64,000 nucleotides of DNA from Endomicrobiia bacterium (GCA_039630545.1 JBCNUU010000007.1:1-64000); one strand, 5' to 3'. Shown: positions 19,340 through 29,162, numbered from the stretch's first letter. The notes: a model not told the origin generated them from the letters alone. Numbers and translations are program-made.

Positions 19340-20277
19340 TTAAGAGACTTCTATTGAAGTTTTTGGCGACTTTAGTTATAATTGCTTTTTTTATAGAAAT
19401 AATTCCTAAAAAAAACAAAGATATTTATTTGGAGAAAAATTTAAGTGTAAAAAAAATTTCACAGATACTAAAGGAAAACAATATAATATCAAGTAAATTA
19501 CTATTTATGACTTTTGTGAAAATTTTCAATCTGGAAAGAAAAATTAAATATGGAAGCTATCAACTTTCTTTTTCCTTAACAACAATTCCTGTTATTGTTA
19601 GACTTGTTTATGGTCCTAAAGTGATAAAAATCACAATTCCTGAAGGTTTTACTTCAGAACAAATTGCAGAAAGACTCTACCATAACAATGTGATTTCAGA
19701 TCCGGTTGCATTTGTTATGTATGTTAAATCTAAAAATCTTGAAGGATTCTTGTTCCCTGAAACTTATTTTTTTTATAAGGGGCAAGCTATTGAAGATATT
19801 GTAAGTAAAATGCTAAAAGAATTTACCAATAGATTTACAGATGAATTTAAAAAAAGAGCATATCAGTTGAAAATGAGTACATATCAGGTAGTAATACTTG
19901 CATCAATTATAGAAAAAGAAGCCAAGAGTTTTGAAGAAAAACAATTAGTTTCTGCTGTTTTTCATAACAGGTTAAAAAAAGGATGGAACTTAGAATCCTG
20001 TGCTACTGTAAGATACGCTTTAAAAAAATTCAAGGGACCTTTGACATATAAGGACACAAAGGTTGATTCTAAATTTAACACTTATAGATATCCAGGACTT
20101 CCTCCACAACCTATCTGCAATCCTGGTTTGGAATCTATAAAGGCGGCTTTATATCCTGCTCAAACAGATGCTATGTTTTTTTTCACACAAGATAATAACA
20201 CACATATTTTTTCAAAATATTATACACAACATATTAAAAAACAAAATTCAAAAAATTATGAAAAAAATAAAAATTAA
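19336..20277 (+). CDS. mltG: Endolytic transglycosylase MltG
   Basis: ITIPEG, LEGFLFPETY, LASIIEKE, NTYRYPGLPPQPICNPG; start ATG 19336. Confidence 0.94.
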   Translation: MIKRLLLKFLATLVIIAFFIEIIPKKNKDIYLEKNLSVKKISQILKENNIISSKLLFMTFVKIFNLERKIKYGSYQLSFSLTTIPVIVRLVYGPKVIKITIPEGFTSEQIAERLYHNNVISDPVAFVMYVKSKNLEGFLFPETYFFYKGQAIEDIVSKMLKEFTNRFTDEFKKRAYQLKMSTYQVVILASIIEKEAKSFEEKQLVSAVFHNRLKKGWNLESCATVRYALKKFKGPLTYKDTKVDSKFNTYRYPGLPPQPICNPGLESIKAALYPAQTDAMFFFTQDNNTHIFSKYYTQHIKKQNSKNYEKNKN

Positions 20278-20641
20278 ATTTCCAGATTATAATTTAGAAA
20301 TTATTTCAGAACTAAATAATACAAATTTAGCAAAAGATATTTATGAAATTCTTCCACAGGAGTCAAAAGTCAACACATGGGGACAAGAGATATACTTTAA
20401 ACTTCCTCTAAAACATGAAAACGAAAAACCAACATTAGATGTAGAAATAGGTGATATAGGCTGGTGGCCAGATGGAAGTTGTTTTTGTATATTTTTTGGA
20501 AGGACTCCTGTGTCTAACTCAGAAAAGCCCAAACCTTACAGTGAAGTTACAATTATAGGTAAAATAAAAGTAGAAAAAGATACCATTGAAAAGTTAAAAC
20601 AAGTAAAATCAAACAGTAAAGTTATATTAGAGAAACTATGA
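20258..20641 (+). CDS. Cyclophilin-like fold protein (TM1367/DUF369 type)
   Basis: WGQEIYF, GDIGWWPDGSCFCIFFGRTP; start ATG 20258. Confidence 0.8.
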   Translation: MKKIKIKFPDYNLEIISELNNTNLAKDIYEILPQESKVNTWGQEIYFKLPLKHENEKPTLDVEIGDIGWWPDGSCFCIFFGRTPVSNSEKPKPYSEVTIIGKIKVEKDTIEKLKQVKSNSKVILEKL

Positions 20642-21468
20642 ATGTAAAAAAACAAATCTTTATCGTATATAACCCTCAAAAACAAAATGTGAAAGATAAA
20701 GTCAACGAAGTAATAAAGAACATAAAAAAAGATTTTAAAGAAAAAGTTATAATTTCATCTTGTAGCTCAGAAGAAGTCAACAGAAAAATCTGTAAAGGAG
20801 ATTTAATATTGACCTTAGGTGGGGATGGGACCATATTAAGAGTAACACCTTATGCAGTAGAAAACTCAATTCCTGTAGCAGGAGTAAACCTTGGAGGTCT
20901 TGGATATCTTGCAGAATTTAAAATTGGAGAAGTTCCTTTCATAGTTAGAAAATTTTTGGAAGAAAAAATTGAATATCAAAAAAGAATAGTCCTTGAAGTT
21001 TTGTATAAAAAAAGAATTCATTACGCCATAAATGATTGTGTTGTAAAACCACTTTCCTCAAAAGTATGTAAATTGGAGCTTTATATTAACAATGAAAAAA
21101 TAACAGAAATCATTGGCGATGGGATAATAGTATCTACGCCTACCGGTTCAACTGCATATTCTTTAGCAAGCGGTGGAAGTATTGTTGAGCCTGATGCAGA
21201 TGTTATTCTTATTACACCAATTTCACCGCATACTCTATCCATAAGACCGATTGTGCTAAGTTCAAAAAAAGAAATTAAAATAAAAATTCCTCTATATAAA
21301 TCCAACAAAAATCTACTTCTTTCATTAGATGGACAAAGAAACTTTATAGTTAAACCAGAAGAAGAAATAAAAATTATTTCTTCAAAGAAAAAACTCATGT
21401 TTATCCAAAATCCATCTAAAAGTTTTTTTAAAATTTTAACACAAAAACTTCTGTGGGGTAAAAGATAA
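20638..21468 (+). CDS. nadK: NAD(+) kinase
   Basis: GGDGT, NLGGLGYL, STPTGSTAYSLASGG. Confidence 0.95.
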   Translation: MNVKKQIFIVYNPQKQNVKDKVNEVIKNIKKDFKEKVIISSCSSEEVNRKICKGDLILTLGGDGTILRVTPYAVENSIPVAGVNLGGLGYLAEFKIGEVPFIVRKFLEEKIEYQKRIVLEVLYKKRIHYAINDCVVKPLSSKVCKLELYINNEKITEIIGDGIIVSTPTGSTAYSLASGGSIVEPDADVILITPISPHTLSIRPIVLSSKKEIKIKIPLYKSNKNLLLSLDGQRNFIVKPEEEIKIISSKKKLMFIQNPSKSFFKILTQKLLWGKR

Positions 21469-21492
21469 TTTTAAAACTATAATTTTTTCTTT

Positions 21493-22524
21493 ATGCAAAC
21501 ATCAAGTTTATTAGAATTTTCTAAAGAAGAACTAAAAGAACTCATTGTAAATGATTTCAATGAAAAATCTTACAGGGCAAGACAGCTTCTTAACTGGTTG
21601 TATAAAAGCAACAAAAACGAAATAAAAGATTTTTCAAACCTACCTGAAAGCTTTAAAGAAAATCTTCAGAAAAAATTTAAAATTTATTCTTTAAAATTAA
21701 TCGCAAAAGAAATTTCAAATCAAGACGCTACTGTAAGGTATGATTTTGAAACATCAGATAACTATAAATTTTCCTGTGTTTATATTCCAAAACAAAAAAG
21801 AAATGTAGTGTGTGTCTCAACTCAGATTGGTTGTAGCATAGGATGTATTTTTTGTGCTTCAGCAAAAGTTAATTTCAAAAGGAATCTTACCTCATCAGAG
21901 ATAGTAGAGCAGGTTCTAAGAGTTAAAAAAGACATAGGAGAAATCAACGGAGTTTTATTTATGGGAATGGGAGAGCCACTTTTAAACTATGAGAACTTAG
22001 TAAAAAGTATAAAAATTCTTTTAGATCCAGATATGTTTTTTTTAAGCAAAAGAAGAATCACTGTTTCTACTGTGGGTATAGTTGCTAATATATACAAACT
22101 TGCGCAAGAAAACTTAAAGGTAAAATTAGCAATTTCCTTACATTCACCTAATGATGCCAAAAGGAAAAAGTTTATTAAAAATTTAAATTTTTCTGTTAAA
22201 GAAATTTTAAAAGCAGGTATTTTTTATGCAGAAAAAACAGAAACAAAATTAACAATTGAATATGTGCTACTAAAGGATGAAAATGACAGTGTGCAGGACG
22301 CCTTGGAACTTGTACATATTTTAAAATCCCAAACCAAAAATATAAACATCTTTAAAATTAATCTTATACCATATAATCCTCATAACACTGGAAGTTTTTT
22401 GTCTCCTTTAGATGAAAAAGTAAAAATTTTTAAAGATACTCTTATAAGAAGTGGATTTTTAACATTCATAAGAAAACCTCATGGGCAAGACATAAAAGCT
22501 GCTTGTGGGCAGTTAGGTTTTTGA
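21493..22524 (+). CDS. rlmN: 23S rRNA A2503 C2-methyltransferase
   Basis: CVSTQIGCSIGCIFC, MGMGEP, SLH, DIKAACGQL. Confidence 0.93.
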   Translation: MQTSSLLEFSKEELKELIVNDFNEKSYRARQLLNWLYKSNKNEIKDFSNLPESFKENLQKKFKIYSLKLIAKEISNQDATVRYDFETSDNYKFSCVYIPKQKRNVVCVSTQIGCSIGCIFCASAKVNFKRNLTSSEIVEQVLRVKKDIGEINGVLFMGMGEPLLNYENLVKSIKILLDPDMFFLSKRRITVSTVGIVANIYKLAQENLKVKLAISLHSPNDAKRKKFIKNLNFSVKEILKAGIFYAEKTETKLTIEYVLLKDENDSVQDALELVHILKSQTKNINIFKINLIPYNPHNTGSFLSPLDEKVKIFKDTLIRSGFLTFIRKPHGQDIKAACGQLGF

Positions 22525-22542
22525 GTTGTATTTTGGTTTGCT

Positions 22543-23154
22543 ATGGAGTTACTTAAAGACTATAAAATGTTTTTTTTGGATATTCAAAAAAGAAAACAGG
22601 AATTTTTAGAAAACAAAAATAATAAAGAAAAAATATTTAAAGAATTATGTTTTTGTATACTTACCCCACAATCAAAAGCTGTAAATTGTTGGCAAGCAGT
22701 TGAGGAGCTTTTTGATAAGGGGTTTCCTTCATGTAGACCAGAAACAATAAGATGCATTCTTAGAAAAAAAGTAAGGTTCTACAAAAACAAAACAAACTAT
22801 ATAATTGAAGTTGCTAAAAAGTTTGATATTATATACAAAATGTTAAAAAAAGATTTACAGAGTGATATACTAAGAGAAATTTTAGTTAGAGAAATAAAAG
22901 GTATAGGCTACAAAGAAGCAAGTCATTTTTTAAGAAACATAGGTTATAGTTTTGACTTAGCAATATTGGACCGACATATATTGAAAAACTTAAAACTACT
23001 AGGAGTCATAAAGAATTTACCTAAAACGCTTTCTAAGAAAGAATATTTGAAAATAGAAAAAAAATTTATAGAGTTTTCAAATAAAGTAAAAATACCATTG
23101 GTAGATATTGACCTATTATTGTGGGCAAAGCAGACGGGTTTTGTATTTAAGTAA
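22543..23154 (+). CDS. ogg: 8-oxoguanine N-glycosylase/AP lyase (archaeal/Thermotoga-type)
   Basis: ELCFCILTPQS, KGIGYKEASHFLRNIG, AILDRHIL; ends FVFK. Confidence 0.88.
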   Translation: MELLKDYKMFFLDIQKRKQEFLENKNNKEKIFKELCFCILTPQSKAVNCWQAVEELFDKGFPSCRPETIRCILRKKVRFYKNKTNYIIEVAKKFDIIYKMLKKDLQSDILREILVREIKGIGYKEASHFLRNIGYSFDLAILDRHILKNLKLLGVIKNLPKTLSKKEYLKIEKKFIEFSNKVKIPLVDIDLLLWAKQTGFVFK

Positions 23155-23176
23155 AAACTTTTTCATATAAAGTTAA

Positions 23177-23515
23177 ATGATAGGAATAGATATAATAGAG
23201 ACAAAAAGGATAAAAAGGTTAATAAAAAACAAAAAATTTGTTGAAAGAGTTTTTAGTAAAGAAGAAATTGAATACTGTGAAAGTAAAAAAAACAAGGAGC
23301 AACACTACTCTGCAAGATTTGCAGCCAAAGAAGCTATCTGGAAAGCACTTGCAGGTAAGTATAGTATTCCGTTAAAGAATATAGTTATAAGAAATATACA
23401 AAATGGCAAACCCGAAGTTTTTTTAAAAGATAAGAAACTTAAAAATCTAAAGATAGAAGTTTCCTTATCTCATACAAAAAATTATGCAATTGCTGTGGCA
23501 ATAATGGTAAAATAA
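23177..23515 (+). CDS. acpS: Holo-ACP synthase
   Basis: GIDII, RFAAKEA, GKP, VSLSH. Confidence 0.95.
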   Translation: MIGIDIIETKRIKRLIKNKKFVERVFSKEEIEYCESKKNKEQHYSARFAAKEAIWKALAGKYSIPLKNIVIRNIQNGKPEVFLKDKKLKNLKIEVSLSHTKNYAIAVAIMVK

Positions 23516-24480
23516 TGTGTAATACACATCAAATAATAACAAAAAGTATCGCAAAGGAATTTTTACCGAAGAGGCCAGATATATCTCATAAATATAATTT
23601 TGGACATGTTTTAGTTGTAGGTGGTTCTAAACAATACATAGGAGCGCCAATTTTAGCAGCTGAGGCTGCTTTGGTAGTAGGTAGTGGACTTGTAAGTTTA
23701 GCTGTGCCTGAAAGTATTTATAATATTGTTGCTTTAAAAGTTCCACATGAAGTCATTACCACAAGTCTACCTTCCACACTACAAGGAGGGATATCCTCGC
23801 AAGCAGTTGATGTTGTAGTTGAATATATACAAAAAAAGAAAGTAACCACTTTATGTATAGGATGTGGTTTGGCAAAAGAAGATGAAACCAAAAACTTCGT
23901 GAATAATTTGTTAAAAATCCTTCTTTCTTATTATACTGATATTAAAAATCAAATTTCTATTTTAATAGATGCCGACGGATTTAGCCTTCTTGAAACTGAT
24001 GGATACTTCATTAAATCATTAAAAAACTCTAAAAAAGAAGTCATTCTTACACCACATACCGGAGAATATAAACAGCTACTAAAAATTAAAGAGGAAGATT
24101 GGCAAAAAAAACTTAAGAATTTTGATTTCTGTGATGAAGTAAAAGAATTTGCAAAAGAAAACAACGCAGTATTAGTTTTGAAATCAGCAATAACAACAAT
24201 TTCTGATGGAGAATATATTTTTAAAACAAATACTCCCAACTCTGCTTTAGCAAAAGGAGGAAGTGGCGATGTTTTAGCAGGTATGATAGCAGGACTTATT
24301 TATCAGGTTAAAAATTATAACAAAACAGTCGTAAATTATGAACCCGCACTTAAATCAGCAGTTTTAGGTGTTTATCTTCATCAGCAAGCAGCACAATCAG
24401 GCAGACAAAAAAAAACAGAGTTTTGTTTTTGTCCACAAGATATAATAAAATCTTTACCAGAGGTCTTTAAAAAACTATAA
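23515..24480 (+). CDS. nnrD: NAD(P)H-hydrate dehydratase
   Basis: HKYNFGHVLVVGGS, DADG, TPHTGE, LAKGGSGDVLAG; no epimerase domain. Confidence 0.9.
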   Translation: MCNTHQIITKSIAKEFLPKRPDISHKYNFGHVLVVGGSKQYIGAPILAAEAALVVGSGLVSLAVPESIYNIVALKVPHEVITTSLPSTLQGGISSQAVDVVVEYIQKKKVTTLCIGCGLAKEDETKNFVNNLLKILLSYYTDIKNQISILIDADGFSLLETDGYFIKSLKNSKKEVILTPHTGEYKQLLKIKEEDWQKKLKNFDFCDEVKEFAKENNAVLVLKSAITTISDGEYIFKTNTPNSALAKGGSGDVLAGMIAGLIYQVKNYNKTVVNYEPALKSAVLGVYLHQQAAQSGRQKKTEFCFCPQDIIKSLPEVFKKL

Positions 24481-24514
24481 GTAGATTTCCAAAAGAAAAA
24501 ATTTTAACAACCTC

Positions 24515-24581
24515 TTGACAAAAAAAATTATTTTTAATAAATATAAAATTGTAATAAATACAAAATAACAATTATTACAAT
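24515..24581 (+). promoter_or_regulatory. Promoter with tandem Per/Fur-like operator boxes
   Basis: TTGACA at 24515; 7-1-7 boxes TTGTAAT-A-AATACAA (24549-24563) and TAACAAT-T-ATTACAA (24566-24580). Confidence 0.6.
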
Positions 24582-24987
24582 GAAAACAAAAGAACTTCTT
24601 GAAAAAAAAGGGTTAAGACCTACAATACAACGAATAAAAGTTTATGAGTATTTGCTTAAACATAGAGAACATCCAGATGTTGAAAAAATCTATAAGGTGT
24701 TAAAAGAAGAAATTCCTACTATATCAAAAACGACGATATATAACACTTTAAAAGAACTTGCTGATAGAGGTTTAATCATAGAAATTCCCACTGAATATAA
24801 ACTTTGTTTTGATGGTTATACTGAGCCACACAGTCATTTTATATGTGAAGAATGTAATAAAATTTATGATATAGATGCTGATTTTGAGTTTGATAAAAAA
24901 CAAAAAATTAATGGCCATATTATAAAAAATTTTTGTGTGATGTTTAAAGGCATATGCTTTAATTGCCAAAGAAAGGAGAAAAGCTAA
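24580..24987 (+). CDS. Fur family regulator, PerR-like
   Basis: [30 protein letters not shown]; heads the oxidative-stress cluster. Confidence 0.92.
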   Translation: MKTKELLEKKGLRPTIQRIKVYEYLLKHREHPDVEKIYKVLKEEIPTISKTTIYNTLKELADRGLIIEIPTEYKLCFDGYTEPHSHFICEECNKIYDIDADFEFDKKQKINGHIIKNFCVMFKGICFNCQRKEKS

Positions 24988-24988
24988 A

Positions 24989-25699
24989 ATGGACTTAAAA
25001 GCATTGTATAAAATTGGTTATGGTATGTATATAGTTTCAACTAAAAATAAAGAAGGAAAATTCAATGGACAGATTGCAAATACCGTATTTCAAGTTACTT
25101 CAGACCCACCACAGATAGCTGTTTGCTTAAATAAACAAAATTTAACAACTGAATATATTAAAGAAAGTAAAGTTTTTGCAGTGTCTGTACTTACAGAAGA
25201 AACAACCATGCAATTTATAGGACAATTTGGGTTTAAGTCAGGAAGGGATATAGATAAATTTAAAGATGTTAACTATAAAATTGGTTCTTTAGGTGTTCCT
25301 GTAGTGCTAGATTACACAACAGCTTATATTGAAGCAGAAGTAGTTTCTTTTAGTGATGTTGGAACTCATATAGTTTTTGTAGGTAGGGTAGTTAATGCTG
25401 AAGTTTTAGACCAAAAACAGCCAATGACTTATGCATACTATCATTTAATTAAAAAAGGTAAGTCACCAAAAACAGCACCAACATATATAGAAAGCAAACA
25501 AATAAAACCAGAATTAAAAAACGAGGAGGTAAAAATGAAAAAATACAGATGTACAGTTTGTGGTTATATATATGATCCTCAAAAAGGTGATCCAGAAAAT
25601 GGTATAAAACCAGGCACCAAATTTGAAGAACTTCCAGAAGATTGGGTATGCCCTGTTTGTGGAGTAGGGAAAGATCAATTTGAAGAAACAACAGAGTAA
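24989..25699 (+). CDS. Flavin reductase-rubredoxin fusion (high-molecular-weight rubredoxin)
   Basis: Flavin reductase domain ([15 protein letters not shown]); C-terminal [10 protein letters not shown]...WVCPVCG. Confidence 0.93.
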   Translation: MDLKALYKIGYGMYIVSTKNKEGKFNGQIANTVFQVTSDPPQIAVCLNKQNLTTEYIKESKVFAVSVLTEETTMQFIGQFGFKSGRDIDKFKDVNYKIGSLGVPVVLDYTTAYIEAEVVSFSDVGTHIVFVGRVVNAEVLDQKQPMTYAYYHLIKKGKSPKTAPTYIESKQIKPELKNEEVKMKKYRCTVCGYIYDPQKGDPENGIKPGTKFEELPEDWVCPVCGVGKDQFEETTE

Positions 25700-25705
25700 G
25701 TTCAT

Positions 25706-26476
25706 ATGAAAACGGTATTAGTTGCATTTTTGTGTGGTTTGTTTAGCTGGTTGCTAACTTCTCTGGGAGCTGGTATAGTTTTTTTAAACAAAAAACCATC
25801 AAGGAAATTTGTAGATGCAGCTTTAGGTTTTTCTGCTGGAATTATGCTTTCTGCAAGTATATGGTCTTTGCTTATCCCTTCAATTGAGATGTCAGAGGGA
25901 TTATTTTATCCTGAGTGGTTTCCTGCAGTTTTAGGTTTTATTTTAGGTACGATATTTTTAAATATTATTGATAATTTAGCACCACATCTACATATTTTTG
26001 ACCCAGAAAGTAAACAGGAAGGTATTAAGTCAAACTTAAAAAAACCAATGCTTATTTTTTTAGCTATGATAATCCATAACTTTCCAGAGGGACTGGCAGT
26101 TGGTGTAAGTTTAGGAAGTGGTGAGATTTTAAGTGGTTTGATTTTAGCTTTAGCTATAGGGATCCAAAATATTCCTGAAGGTATGGCTATTTCTTTACCT
26201 CTTAATGTTGAAGGGCAATCAAAATCAAAAAGTTTTTTTTATGGACAAATAAGCGCTATAGTTGAACCAATTGGTGCTGTTTTAGGAGCATTAGTTGTGT
26301 CTTTATGGATTAAAATTTTACCTTTTGCTTTGTCTTTTGCAGCTGGTGCTATGGTATATGTTGTAGTTGAAGAGTTAATACCAGAGTCACAAAGAGCAGA
26401 AAATACAAATCTTGCGACCTTTTCGTTAGTAGTTGGTTTTATATTTATGATGGTTTTAGATTTAAGTTTTAGTTAA
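25706..26476 (+). CDS. ZIP family metal transporter (GufA/ZupT)
   Basis: HNFPEGLAVG, QNIPEG, AAGAMVYVVVEELIPE. Confidence 0.94.
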   Translation: MKTVLVAFLCGLFSWLLTSLGAGIVFLNKKPSRKFVDAALGFSAGIMLSASIWSLLIPSIEMSEGLFYPEWFPAVLGFILGTIFLNIIDNLAPHLHIFDPESKQEGIKSNLKKPMLIFLAMIIHNFPEGLAVGVSLGSGEILSGLILALAIGIQNIPEGMAISLPLNVEGQSKSKSFFYGQISAIVEPIGAVLGALVVSLWIKILPFALSFAAGAMVYVVVEELIPESQRAENTNLATFSLVVGFIFMMVLDLSFS

Positions 26477-26502
26477 AATTAATTAAGGAGGAATGTAAAC
26501 AC

Positions 26503-27039
26503 ATGATCAAAACAATAACAACAATACTTGTTTTTACACTGTTGATGACAGACAATATATATTCTCAACAAAAGGAGAATAAATCAAAAATTAAGTACAT
26601 AGATTTTGAGGCTCAGCAGCTTTCATCAACAGAGACATTTAAACTTTCCTCTTTTGTAGGAAAAAAACTTATATTGCTTAATTTCTGGACAACATGGTGT
26701 CCTTATTGTGTAGCAGAAGTTCCTCATCTTATAGAGCTGTATAACAAATATAAAGACAAGGGTTTAGAAATATTAGCCATAAACATAGGAGAACCAAAAA
26801 ATAAGGTTGAAAATTTTGTTGTTTCTCAAAAAATTCCTTATAGAGTTCTTTTAGATTTACACGGTAAAGTGGCTAAACAGTATGGTGTTAGAGGAATTCC
26901 AACTAACTTTTTAATCAATAAATCTGGTGAAGTAATTTTTGTAGGTTATGACTTACCTGATCTAAGCTTAATAGAAAAAAATCTTCTTAGGGATAAAGAT
27001 AAAAAAGATACAGAAAAGAAAAGAAGTAATAAAAATTAA
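26503..27039 (+). CDS. TlpA-family exported thioredoxin
   Basis: Signal sequence; NFWTTWCPYC; GIPT. Confidence 0.9.
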   Translation: MIKTITTILVFTLLMTDNIYSQQKENKSKIKYIDFEAQQLSSTETFKLSSFVGKKLILLNFWTTWCPYCVAEVPHLIELYNKYKDKGLEILAINIGEPKNKVENFVVSQKIPYRVLLDLHGKVAKQYGVRGIPTNFLINKSGEVIFVGYDLPDLSLIEKNLLRDKDKKDTEKKRSNKN

Positions 27040-27061
27040 TTATTCAAAGGAGGTTTAAAAA

Positions 27062-27238
27062 ATGAAAAAAAATAAAGAGCAAAACAAAGTGAAATGTAAC
27101 AACTGTGGCAAAGAAGTTAAAGTAGATGAAGCATCTATAAAAAAAGTTTATTCGTGTTGTAGTGTTTATGAAGTAGTGTTGTGTAAAGAGTGTGATGAAA
27201 GACAGAAAGAAAATCTTTCCTGCTGGAGCTGTTGTTAA
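27062..27238 (+). CDS. 58-aa Cys-rich microprotein (absent from the ORF track)
   Basis: AAAGGAGG SD; MKKNKEQNKVKCNNCGKEVKVDEASIKKVYSCCSVYEVVLCKECDERQKENLSCWSCC; fills the operon gap. Confidence 0.8.
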   Translation: MKKNKEQNKVKCNNCGKEVKVDEASIKKVYSCCSVYEVVLCKECDERQKENLSCWSCC

Positions 27239-27262
27239 TAAATTTAAGAGAGGAGCATTTTA

Positions 27263-27481
27263 ATGAAGGAAAAATTAATTTTTGATGCTTCAAAATGTGG
27301 TGGAGCAGGAGAATGTTTAGAGATTTGTCCTAACAATGTCTGGGAATGGAAAGACACGACTTTTAGTTTTTTTGGTATGAAAATGAGAAAAAGAATTCCC
27401 TATCCAGAACATCAAGATAGATGCACTCTTTGTGGTAAATGTGTTAAAATATGTCCAACCGGTGCTGTTAAGTTTAAATAG
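27263..27481 (+). CDS. Dicluster ferredoxin, probably [3Fe-4S][4Fe-4S]
   Basis: CGGAGECLEICP and CTLCGKCVKICP; GAGGAG SD. Confidence 0.88.
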   Translation: MKEKLIFDASKCGGAGECLEICPNNVWEWKDTTFSFFGMKMRKRIPYPEHQDRCTLCGKCVKICPTGAVKFK

Positions 27482-27482
27482 T

Positions 27483-27671
27483 ATGTTAAAAATAAATACT
27501 AAGAAATGTAATTTTTGTGAAGAATGTGTTTTTGTTTGTATAAATAATGCTATAGTTTTTGTTAAAGGTGATCTGGTAATAGATTTTAATAAGTGTAAAG
27601 GTTGTAAGTATTGTAAAAAAATTTGTAAGTTAAAAGCAATAGAAGAAATTTCTATTGAAAAAAATGGATAA
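27483..27671 (+). CDS. 2x[4Fe-4S] ferredoxin
   Basis: CNFCEECVFVC and CKGCKYCKKIC; start ATG 27483. Confidence 0.85.
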   Translation: MLKINTKKCNFCEECVFVCINNAIVFVKGDLVIDFNKCKGCKYCKKICKLKAIEEISIEKNG

Positions 27672-27849
27672 AAACATAATTATTAAAGCTTTGGTTGGTT
27701 TTATTGTGGGTGGTATTTTAGGATTTACTATAAATAAGTTAAATAAATTTTTTTGTATAACTGGTGCTTGCCCATTAACCAGTAACACATGGATTAGTAT
27801 AATATATTGGGCTTTGCTTGGCTTAGTTTTCTCATTGATGAATAAATAA
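27664..27849 (+). CDS. Small membrane protein with C-x4-CP (DUF6132-like)
   Basis: GFIVGGILGF...CITGACPLTSN pattern. Confidence 0.75.
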   Translation: MDKNIIIKALVGFIVGGILGFTINKLNKFFCITGACPLTSNTWISIIYWALLGLVFSLMNK

Positions 27850-27885
27850 GTTTATAAAAATTTAACAAAAAGGAGGTAAAACAGT

Positions 27886-28461
27886 ATGAAATCACTAAAA
27901 GGAACAAGGACAGAAAAAAATCTACTCACGGCATTTGCTGGTGAGTCCCAGGCAAGAAACAGATACACCTATTTTTCGTCTGTTGCAAAAAAAGAAGGAT
28001 ATGAGCAGATTTCCTGGATATTTTTAGATACAGCAGATAATGAGAAGGAACATGCAAAAAGGTTGTTTAAATTTTTAGAGGGTGGAGAAGTAGAAATACA
28101 GGCTGCATTTCCTGCGGGGATAATAGGTGATACAAAGACAAATCTTAAACAATCTGCAGCTGGAGAAAATTACGAGTATACTAAGATGTACCCAGAATTT
28201 GCAAAAATAGCCCGTCAGGAGGGATTTGAAGAGATAGCAAAAGTCTTTGAAGCCATAGCAGTAGCAGAACAGGGCCACGAAAGAAGATACTTAAAACTCT
28301 TAGAAAATATAGAAAAAGGTTTAGTTTTTAAGAAACCACAACCTGTAAAATGGAGATGTAGAAACTGTGGCTATATCCATGAAGGGCTTGAAGCACCAAC
28401 CAGATGCCCATCTTGCGACCACCCACAAGCATTTTTTGAATTATTATGTGAGAATTATTAA
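27886..28461 (+). CDS. rbr: Rubrerythrin
   Basis: [19 protein letters not shown]-terminal CRNCGY...CPSCDH. Confidence 0.97.
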   Translation: MKSLKGTRTEKNLLTAFAGESQARNRYTYFSSVAKKEGYEQISWIFLDTADNEKEHAKRLFKFLEGGEVEIQAAFPAGIIGDTKTNLKQSAAGENYEYTKMYPEFAKIARQEGFEEIAKVFEAIAVAEQGHERRYLKLLENIEKGLVFKKPQPVKWRCRNCGYIHEGLEAPTRCPSCDHPQAFFELLCENY

Positions 28462-28501
28462 CTAAATTTTTTAAAATTTATACATAAGGAGGTAAAAACT
28501 T

Positions 28502-29116
28502 ATGAGTGTTAAAGTTAACCAAGTTGCACCAAATTTTACAACAGAAGCTTATTTTTCTGTTAATGATGAAGTTAAGAAGATAACACTTTCTGACTATAAA
28601 GGTAAATGGGTTATTTTATTTTTCTACCCAGCTGATTTTACTTTTGTGTGTCCTACTGAACTTATAGATATAGCAGAAAATTATGATGAATTTAAAAATA
28701 TATCTACAGAAGTGATAGGTATAAGTATAGACACTGTGTATTCTCATAAAGTTTGGGTTGAAACTGAACTTTCAAAAATGTTAAATAACAAATCTTTTCC
28801 TTTCCCTTTGGCTTCTGATTTATCAGGTAAGATTGGACAGCTTTATGGAGTATACGATGAAAATACAGGTTTAGATATGAGGGGAACCTTTATTATAGAT
28901 CCGGACGGTGTTATACAATCTATAGAAATAAATAATGCACCTGTTGGTAGAGATTCTCAAGAGATAATAAGAAAACTAAAAGGTTTCCAATATGTTAGGG
29001 CATCAGGTGGGAATGAAGTATGTCCTGCTAGGTGGAAACCTGGAAAAAAATCGATAAAACCTTCAATTAAAATAGCAGGTAAAGTATATAAAGAAGCTCC
29101 TTCTTGGAATGAATAA
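28502..29116 (+). CDS. 2-Cys peroxiredoxin (AhpC/PrxU-like)
   Basis: YPADFTFVCPTE; RGTFIIDPDG; EVCPARW. Confidence 0.94.
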   Translation: MSVKVNQVAPNFTTEAYFSVNDEVKKITLSDYKGKWVILFFYPADFTFVCPTELIDIAENYDEFKNISTEVIGISIDTVYSHKVWVETELSKMLNNKSFPFPLASDLSGKIGQLYGVYDENTGLDMRGTFIIDPDGVIQSIEINNAPVGRDSQEIIRKLKGFQYVRASGGNEVCPARWKPGKKSIKPSIKIAGKVYKEAPSWNE

Positions 29117-29162
29117 AAATAAAAAAATAAAATAAAAGTATAATAAAAAGGAGGATAAATTT

